This document shows, piece by piece, positions 57,355-64,000 of a stretch of 64,000 nt of DNA. The DNA is from a virus. Lineage: Duplodnaviria > Caudoviricetes. Every line of letters starts with the position of its first letter. Positions within the stretch are counted from its first letter, which is position 1. Position numbers and translations under genes: made by a program. Location of the stretch: the IMG/VR virus record IMGVR_UViG_3300026549_000062, positions 1-64,000 of that record; one strand, written 5' to 3'. The notes under the pieces are model-generated. The model saw only the letters and a list, made by a program, of their open reading frames with translations. It searched no databases and had not been told where the DNA came from.

Positions 57355-59403
57355 TTAGTGTTTACCACCATTAACTGGAGGGAAAATTGTTGATGGATTA
57401 GCAGGAGCTGGGTTTGATGGATCATATGTTGCATAGTTTGGTCCATAGATGTACTTAACATCACGAACAGCATCTGCGAATTCACCTGGAGCAGCCGTCT
57501 CAGGATCAATAGCGCTATGTGGCGTGTTAGGAATTGCATCCTTATCGAACTCAACAAACTTCTTCGTATCTCTATCATACGTAACTTTGTTAGCCGTATA
57601 GTCATTCATAGCACGATCACCAATTGGATTATCATTGTCGATCTGCTCACGGAGACCCGTCGGGTTGACAATCTGGATACGACCCTGAACTGGCTGATAG
57701 CTGATGAAGAGGAATCTCTCAAAAGCCGTTACAGCTGGGAGCTGGTAGTTATCCGTATCACGGATTTCATTACCAACGTAGAGCTGATAATCGTAAATCT
57801 TGTAGATTACACGATTGCTGTTTCTTGGGCAAAGAATAATGATAAGGTTGTTATCATTACGAAGCTTGTTTGAAGAAATGAACTGATAAATACGATTATC
57901 ACTCGTCTTAACAGTCTTCTTATAATCAAGCATAACAGGACCAATGTTTGGAGGCGTTACATAAGAATACTCTTTTGGTGTAATCTTACGGATGAGTTCT
58001 GGACGACCAAAAATACTAACAGTTACATTCTCATCATTGAGAACCTGGAGGAGATACGTAACCTGAGTATCAAGGTAATCCATGAACGTCTCATAACGCC
58101 ACGTAACGAAGGACCCCATGAAGCTGTCAGGAGGAGCAAAATCAAATGCACCAGAGACTTTGGAGGTCTGTGGGAGGTTGAGGAAGGACGTATCGAGATC
58201 TTCAAGAATCTTATCATCCTTGTAGTTGAGAAGCGCAAGCTTGATCATGCTCATGATCTTCGTGAGCTGATTGACGTTGTACATAGCCTGAACGTCTTTC
58301 GTCTCTTCTGGGGAGATCGTGACCGTGATGTGTGGTGCTTCTGGAATCTCGAAGTAATCCGTACGAGCGCTCCATTTAACTTTTGGCGTCTCATATGCTG
58401 CACTTGAAACATCAAGAGCTGCAGAAAGGATAACATGCGTAACATTAGCTGACGTGCTCATGAACGTAAACTTGTTGTTATGCATTGAACCAGCAAGCTG
58501 GAACTCTTCATTACGAACTGTACCCGTACCATCCGTTGGAAGAATCATATCAATTCTCTTCTGGAACGTACGATCATACTGACCAAATGAAGCAACAAAA
58601 CGAATTGGCTCAATTGGAATAATCTTCTCAGCAAGAGCACCAGTATCAGACGTATAAACCTGAACCTTCTTCTGGCCAGGATTATCTGGATCATCAACTA
58701 GAACTTCGTCACCCTTTGTTGCCCAAACATCTTTGACAACGAGTTTCGTGACCTTTGATGCACGAGAAACATTTGCCGTAGCTCTATTAACAGCACCAAG
58801 TAGGCCAAGAACATCTGTCTTCTGGTCTTCTGGAACTGGGATAATAATATCCTTACGAGGAACAGCAGACTCAATCATATCCTTGATCTTGTTCTGCTCA
58901 AGGAACATATCAATCTGCGTACCATCTGGAGCATAAAGAGTTCTCGTTTCCATGGTGAGCGTGAACTGTGGACCAGCAGCTACATCCTTTGGAATTGCAC
59001 CTTTATCAAATACAGTCGTCATAAGAAGATTCTTATGCATTGGGAAGGTAATACCAACCACTGGGTTATAAGCACCAAGTGGAGCAGCCTCACAAAGACC
59101 ATTAACATCGTTCTCATAAAGACGATTAAGGTCAGCATAAGCTTCATTAACAGCTTCTGGATCATCCTTATACTTAGGATCATTTGGGTCAAATGCAGAC
59201 TCGATGAAGAACTTCTTCATCTGATTTGAAAGTGTCGGATTCTGGAAGAATCTTGACGGATCAGAATAGAAATCAACACCCTCATTTAGACCTGCCTTAG
59301 CAATATCAGTAAACTGCTCAGCAAGGCCGTGGAGCGGATTTTTATTATAACTACGAAGTACTTCGCTATTCTGCTGTTTTTTATCTGTTCCAACAACAGC
59401 CAT
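57355..59403 (-). CDS. Major capsid protein (HK97 fold, jumbo-phage type)
   Basis: 682 aa; strongly biased high-expression codons; late motif 59523-59534; N-terminal propeptide ending GLCE/AAPLG; SPEETKDVQAMYNVN...LALLNYKDDKILEDL resembles the gp23 TQELAQDL...IMxEINREV region. Confidence 0.85.
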   Translation of the reverse strand: MAVVGTDKKQQNSEVLRSYNKNPLHGLAEQFTDIAKAGLNEGVDFYSDPSRFFQNPTLSNQMKKFFIESAFDPNDPKYKDDPEAVNEAYADLNRLYENDVNGLCEAAPLGAYNPVVGITFPMHKNLLMTTVFDKGAIPKDVAAGPQFTLTMETRTLYAPDGTQIDMFLEQNKIKDMIESAVPRKDIIIPVPEDQKTDVLGLLGAVNRATANVSRASKVTKLVVKDVWATKGDEVLVDDPDNPGQKKVQVYTSDTGALAEKIIPIEPIRFVASFGQYDRTFQKRIDMILPTDGTGTVRNEEFQLAGSMHNNKFTFMSTSANVTHVILSAALDVSSAAYETPKVKWSARTDYFEIPEAPHITVTISPEETKDVQAMYNVNQLTKIMSMIKLALLNYKDDKILEDLDTSFLNLPQTSKVSGAFDFAPPDSFMGSFVTWRYETFMDYLDTQVTYLLQVLNDENVTVSIFGRPELIRKITPKEYSYVTPPNIGPVMLDYKKTVKTSDNRIYQFISSNKLRNDNNLIIILCPRNSNRVIYKIYDYQLYVGNEIRDTDNYQLPAVTAFERFLFISYQPVQGRIQIVNPTGLREQIDNDNPIGDRAMNDYTANKVTYDRDTKKFVEFDKDAIPNTPHSAIDPETAAPGEFADAVRDVKYIYGPNYATYDPSNPAPANPSTIFPPVNGGKH

Positions 59404-59570
59404 TGTATAATTCCTCCTTTAAAGGTCTTTGTCTATATTAATTAATATAACAAAGTCATTATTTAAATATTCAAAATATAGCAACGGTATATAACGAAAG
59501 CCGCAAAAAGCTATATTGATATTACAGTGATGTTTATAAAAGGACTTTCTAATGCACTAAATATAAAGGG

Positions 59571-60431
59571 TTATTGTATCTCATAATTCCTACTAAATGT
59601 AGGAAGATCAAGAAAACTCTTATTGTGTTTGACCTCTTTATTTATAATCTCAGTAATCTTATTCTGACGTTTAATACGAGATTCATAGACTTTGTCCATA
59701 AGATTCGTGAGATAATTAAATACTGTAATCATTCTCTGAAGCTCTATCTCATTCTCTAAATACGTTCTTGTATTGAATGTATCTGTCAGAGTGTCTCTAG
59801 ATAAGTTCTTTAGAGCTAGAAGTTTTCTTACAATGAAATTTAATAATTCATCATCATAAGAAGTATGAGATATCTTATTTATCTTATCAATAGAATCAAT
59901 GATAATAGAATTGAGAGATCTAAATTGTTTTCTCAATTCTTTCTTCTTAATCTCCATTTGCTCTGGTTTAAGATCTTTGAAAGTATCTTGTTCTAATTGA
60001 TCTAGATCAACTGTTTGAGCTTCTGGAGATTCAGCAGACATTTCATCTCCTTCAGGAGCTTGCAAATCACTACCGTCATTATTAGGATCTTGAGGTTGTT
60101 CTTCCTGTTGTCCTTGCATTTGTGCATTAGGATCATTTGAATCTGCAGCTCCCATATCCATTCCTTGCTGATCAGGACCTTGAGCACCCATTTGTGTAGG
60201 ATCTCCTTGTGGAGCTCCTTGTTGAGTTGGATCCGGTTGCATACCAGTATCCTGTTGTTGTGATGATGCTTGTGGTGCTGCGCCCTGCTGAGCATTAGGA
60301 TCTTGTTGCTGAGTAAAATCAGGAACGTCTTGTTGATTTTGATCTATTTTATTCTGTACCGCAGGAGTTTGATTTGGTTGTTGTTTAGGAGGATTAGCTT
60401 CATGAAGTATGAATCTAGTAAATGCATCCAT
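59571..60431 (-). CDS. Putative scaffold / inner-core protein, Gln/Pro/Asp-rich N-half
   Basis: Directly upstream of the MCP gene; ILHE/A site; QQDP-type low-complexity repeats followed by helical domain. Confidence 0.55.
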   Translation of the reverse strand: MDAFTRFILHEANPPKQQPNQTPAVQNKIDQNQQDVPDFTQQQDPNAQQGAAPQASSQQQDTGMQPDPTQQGAPQGDPTQMGAQGPDQQGMDMGAADSNDPNAQMQGQQEEQPQDPNNDGSDLQAPEGDEMSAESPEAQTVDLDQLEQDTFKDLKPEQMEIKKKELRKQFRSLNSIIIDSIDKINKISHTSYDDELLNFIVRKLLALKNLSRDTLTDTFNTRTYLENEIELQRMITVFNYLTNLMDKVYESRIKRQNKITEIINKEVKHNKSFLDLPTFSRNYEIQ

Positions 60432-60438
60432 TATATTT

Positions 60439-61920
60439 TTATTCCTCCTTTCTCTCTGATTTATCTGCAACTTGTTTAAATTTATCTAAAACAGTTGGTA
60501 CTTTCTCGCCAACTGGATTTACATAACTTTGATTTGAAATACTGGAGAAATCAGGAGAATCTATTCTTCTCTTTATTTCATCATTAAGTTCATCTGTTGT
60601 TTTGTCTCGTTGTTTATCATACTCTTTTTCTAATAATTCAATGTTATTATTTACACTATCAAGATATGCAAGAAGTTTAGACTTCCTCTCACTATCTTTA
60701 GTATCTTCTATCTTTCTTTCTATAGAGCGTTTATGCTCTTTCCATTCTCTAATAGAATCTTTTAAGTATTCTTTATTCAGATGAGAATGAAGAATGATAG
60801 AAGTTATAAAGCTTAAAATACCAGGGAATATACCTACAGAGAATGCACCAAGAGTTACTAATGCATAGAAAGCAATTGCTAATGCATTATGAGTACCTTG
60901 TGCTATATCCTGTAATCTATTTATAACAAATACTGCTCTTATAGCTTCTTTAACCATTGATACTGTCTTATATGGAGCTATCTTAATCTTAGTGATTAAT
61001 TCTTTTGCTTTATCCAGTATAGCAACCTCATATATTGCTTGAAGTGATTTATTCATCACAGCAAAATCATCAAACGATTTAGACATTCCATACACAGAAT
61101 CATCTTTGTATTTATTAAGAACTTCTTTGTCATAATCAGGTTCTTGATTATTCATCTTCTTATATACAGAATCAATATAATTTATATATTCTTCTGCAAT
61201 AGGAGATATAAAGTTATCGTTCCTAATAGCACAAGATATATCTTCTATAAAGCTATCAGTATTTGTAGTACCATAATTTATAATAAAATAATCTATTACA
61301 TTCTCTAGTATAGCTTTCTCTGGTAATTGAGAAGTGTAACGATTAATTGCATACAAACAAGACTCTGTACAAACACAGAACTTTTGTTTTAATCCCATAT
61401 TATAAGTATCTATGAGTTCACAAAGAGAGTATACAAGATCTGTAATTCCTGTATTCTCTAGAATAGAATTGGCAACTATCTTGTCTATATTAAATCTCTT
61501 CATTATAGTATTATAGTTCCCAACTACTCTATCACAATCCACTTGCTCAGCTATCTTTTCTTTTATGGGCTCTGAAAAAGATTCTTCTAACTTGTTGAAG
61601 TAAGATTTATACATGTTGGGGTTTGGTAGTGAAGAGATAATATAATCATTTACTATTCTAAGTGCATTGTTCTTATCATCTATTGAACCATTCTCTTGAA
61701 CAACAGACAATATATCTACAACTTTCTTTATATTTGAATCTAATCTATTTGAATAATTATCCCACTTATACAGACTCTCAGAGAGATTATTAAAATTATA
61801 TAACTCTTTTATCTTATAAGTTTCATATAGAGGGTAATTAGTAAGTGTTCGTTGCTTTCTATATTCTAGATTATTTGTTCTTTCTTCGATAGCTTTAATT
61901 GGAATTAGAACCTTCTTCAT
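60439..61920 (-). CDS. Putative head structural protein
   Basis: Late motif 61950-61961; cotranscribed toward the MCP; LYE/LSE/ILE/IYE candidate cleavage sites. Confidence 0.55.
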   Translation of the reverse strand: MKKVLIPIKAIEERTNNLEYRKQRTLTNYPLYETYKIKELYNFNNLSESLYKWDNYSNRLDSNIKKVVDILSVVQENGSIDDKNNALRIVNDYIISSLPNPNMYKSYFNKLEESFSEPIKEKIAEQVDCDRVVGNYNTIMKRFNIDKIVANSILENTGITDLVYSLCELIDTYNMGLKQKFCVCTESCLYAINRYTSQLPEKAILENVIDYFIINYGTTNTDSFIEDISCAIRNDNFISPIAEEYINYIDSVYKKMNNQEPDYDKEVLNKYKDDSVYGMSKSFDDFAVMNKSLQAIYEVAILDKAKELITKIKIAPYKTVSMVKEAIRAVFVINRLQDIAQGTHNALAIAFYALVTLGAFSVGIFPGILSFITSIILHSHLNKEYLKDSIREWKEHKRSIERKIEDTKDSERKSKLLAYLDSVNNNIELLEKEYDKQRDKTTDELNDEIKRRIDSPDFSSISNQSYVNPVGEKVPTVLDKFKQVADKSERKEE

Positions 61921-62001
61921 TTAGTTGACCTCCCCATAAATACTTCACTTACCTTCATGTTTCAGTTTTTAATTCATTGGTATATTTTGACAAAAGATAC
62001 T

Positions 62002-62026
62002 GGGGTAGAGGAATATCCTCTACTCC
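62002..62026. terminator. Intergenic hairpin/terminator
   Basis: GGGGTAGAGGA-ata-TCCTCTACTCC. Confidence 0.65.
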
Positions 62027-62074
62027 ATATAATTTTGTATAAAATTATAAAATTTGAATTATATACTATAATTG

Positions 62075-62385
62075 TGCATAAGAGGAGAAATAAGTTTAGG
62101 AGGTGATCTAATGACTTATCTAAACTTTCGTAGCAAAACATTTAAAAAGCCACCGTTTGTTAAAAGATTAAGGATGAGAAAAGCAAGTCCAACCCTTCCA
62201 AAGTGACTACTTATTATAGCCATCCTTATATCTGAATAAAAGCAGTAAATACTCCTGTATCATATGCGGTAGTATAACCATTACTGTGATTTGTTACTTG
62301 TGATAGATACACTAAGCAGGTATCTATTTCTGAAAAGCTCAAATTGATAGAGTTACTGCTGATCTCCTCTTATGCATTATTTTTC
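62075..62385 (+). ncRNA. End-paired RNA E containing a small ORF (paralog of RNA C)
   Basis: 14 bp inverted repeat 62075-62088/62363-62376 after an early promoter, followed by a T-rich tract. Confidence 0.65.
62111..62206 (+). CDS. Small basic peptide (31 aa) inside RNA E
   Basis: GGAGGTGA RBS; MTYLNFRSKTFKKPPFVKRLRMRKASPTLPK. Confidence 0.65.
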   Translation: MTYLNFRSKTFKKPPFVKRLRMRKASPTLPK

Positions 62386-62404
62386 TGTTATACTGATAAT
62401 AAAA

Positions 62405-64000
62405 TTAGAATACTGGATCTTTTAGTTTATTTTTATCATCAGGAAGAACAAGGGTTAGATTATAAAGAGATTGTATAGCTTCCTTAGAAGCATTCATGCT
62501 ATTCTCACCACCAAGGGAGATATAATGTTTCTTAGAGTTAATCTCTTTTAACATTTCATCATTTGCCTCTATAGAGAATATACCTTTAGATGATACTGTA
62601 TCACCATCGAAGTCACCACCAATAGAATCTAGGCGAACGTTATTTGGTAGTGCTACATCAACAAACTTGTTTGTAGTATTTTTATTGATATCCTGTATAC
62701 GAATCTTTGGGTATTCTCTATAAAAAGTATTGTTTACTATCATAGGTTCTGTATCTATTGTAGATACAACTTTTATTTTAGCAGGGAACTGGTTCCAGTA
62801 TGTATCTACAGGGAAACGTGTTATAAGAACTGCTTTATCCTTAGTGATTTCTATAGCAGCCATGTAAATTAGATCACACCAAGTAAGAGGGCGTTCTTTA
62901 ATATAGAAATTTAAACCATCTGTAGTCATAGAAGAACCAGTTTTTGTTTTCTCTATTATAGCTTCATCTTCTACATTATATCCTTTAAATATAAGATAAG
63001 GTTTAGCTCCTTTAGGCATTCTTATATTTTCTTCTATAGGAGCTTCTATAGCAACAAAACGGTTACTCATACCATGCATGAATCTATCTAATTCTTTCTT
63101 TATTCTATCATCAGAATATACTTCTCTCCAGTCCTTAATATGAACTGTATGGGTTTTCTTATTCTTAGGATCTACTGCTAATACGTCATCTGTATCAGTC
63201 ATATTATTTTCAAACCATTTACGAATATGATATAGCATATAAGGATAGAAATTAGCACATAGAGCTGCTATAGGAAGCCCAACAGAATCCAGATCTACAT
63301 CAATATCTGATAATGATTCTTTGCGAAGATTTTGTGTACAGATAACTAGTCTTGCACCCCAGTCGAATGATTTCTTCATTCCTGAACGTCTAATAAGACC
63401 AAGTTTTCTAGATAGACCAGTAGCTGGAGATTCTACACCGTATCTATCTCTACCAAATGCAAGAAAGTCATATACGGCTACTATAGAATCTTGTATTCTT
63501 CCTCTTAAGGAACCTGAAAGAGATAGACCATAATCATCTGATTCTTTCAATGCATTACAATCTCTTATAATAGCATTATACATTTCATTTATTTCACCTA
63601 CAGTAACCTTACCAGGTTTATCTGTAGTAACGTCTCTGTATCCAGCTGGTATTACAAGAAAATTATCTATAAATAGTTTCTCTCTATATTTTTCTAAGAA
63701 TGTAACCTTTACATTTCTCTTATCAGAATCTGTTTTAGGAATTTTTAGATCTTTGATAATTTTTCTGAGATACTTAATACCAGTTTCTCCATTTGGGTCT
63801 TGTTCTAACTTACCAGTTTCTTTATTGACTTTAAAGTTGTACATTTCATAAGCACAGAGCTTTACATTCTTATCTAATCTGCACCATATCTTGTATCCTA
63901 ATGGATGCATGAATGTTTCCCCAGCAAGATGTATATATCCAAATATAGAAGTTCTATCATCTTTAGTAATGCCAAAAATTTCATTAGAAAGAAGGCCACC
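62405..64000 (-). CDS. rpoC: Multisubunit RNA polymerase beta' N-terminal/catalytic subunit (5' end outside the window)
   Basis: Catalytic GGDFDGD, VLITRFPV, VIPAGYRD; frame stays open to the window edge (GGLLSNEIFG...FGYIHL). Confidence 0.92.
   Translation of the reverse strand, partial: GGLLSNEIFGITKDDRTSIFGYIHLAGETFMHPLGYKIWCRLDKNVKLCAYEMYNFKVNKETGKLEQDPNGETGIKYLRKIIKDLKIPKTDSDKRNVKVTFLEKYREKLFIDNFLVIPAGYRDVTTDKPGKVTVGEINEMYNAIIRDCNALKESDDYGLSLSGSLRGRIQDSIVAVYDFLAFGRDRYGVESPATGLSRKLGLIRRSGMKKSFDWGARLVICTQNLRKESLSDIDVDLDSVGLPIAALCANFYPYMLYHIRKWFENNMTDTDDVLAVDPKNKKTHTVHIKDWREVYSDDRIKKELDRFMHGMSNRFVAIEAPIEENIRMPKGAKPYLIFKGYNVEDEAIIEKTKTGSSMTTDGLNFYIKERPLTWCDLIYMAAIEITKDKAVLITRFPVDTYWNQFPAKIKVVSTIDTEPMIVNNTFYREYPKIRIQDINKNTTNKFVDVALPNNVRLDSIGGDFDGDTVSSKGIFSIEANDEMLKEINSKKHYISLGGENSMNASKEAIQSLYNLTLVLPDDKNKLKDPVF

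Noticed and set aside
900-62075. CRISPR array or iteron repeats
   Set aside because: The recurring ~30-40 nt motifs are dispersed, sit upstream of RBSs and lack regular spacers; they are promoters and terminators
496-63533. Numerous antisense/overlapping ORFs in the track (e.g. 496-807, 1737-2036, 11358-11699, 18098-18532, 31300-31719, 51601-51966, 57517-57873, 63321-63533)
   Set aside because: They are shadows of well-supported genes on the opposite strand or frame, with no RBS and compositionally biased translations

Overview
A 64 kb, very AT-rich segment of a contractile-tailed jumbo bacteriophage related to the AR9/PBS1 and phiKZ group. It uses the standard bacterial code with strong AGGAGG ribosome-binding sites, which suggests a Bacillota host (inference). 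Morphogenesis genes, mostly on the minus strand, include a T4 gp20-like portal, gp21-like prohead protease, major capsid protein, several putative inner-head proteins, gp13-like and probable gp14-like neck proteins, tail sheath, tail tube and large terminase. Transcription genes comprise three pieces of split multisubunit RNAP beta' plus a probable sigma-like specificity subunit. Replication and other genes include a split family-B DNA polymerase, primase, SF2 helicase, dNMP kinase and a GroEL-like chaperonin. Two phage promoter classes can be read directly from the DNA. About two dozen early-type sites have TGTAAAA...TTTACATACTATA..RGTG, and 16 late-type sites have VACA-N6-TA, similar to the AR9 late promoter. 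Small early promoter-gene-terminator cassettes and a 34.7-47 kb accessory island are interleaved with the core genes. The least explained signals are structured transcripts with their own promoters. They are (i) a ~240 nt four-way-junction, pseudoknot and T-loop ncRNA at 9.4 kb, and (ii) two ~300 nt paralogous RNAs at 17.8 and 62.1 kb, closed by 14-17 bp 5'-3' end pairing and each carrying a small basic ORF starting M-x-Y-x-N-F-[KR]-x-[RK]; a third end-paired RNA lies at 22.2 kb. There is also (iii) a late minus-strand sRNA candidate with an anti-Shine-Dalgarno loop at 40.1 kb. A two-gene module (small helical protein plus transglutaminase-like Cys-His protein) occurs three times, and there is an ankyrin-repeat gene. 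All family assignments come from motif recognition by eye, with no database searches.
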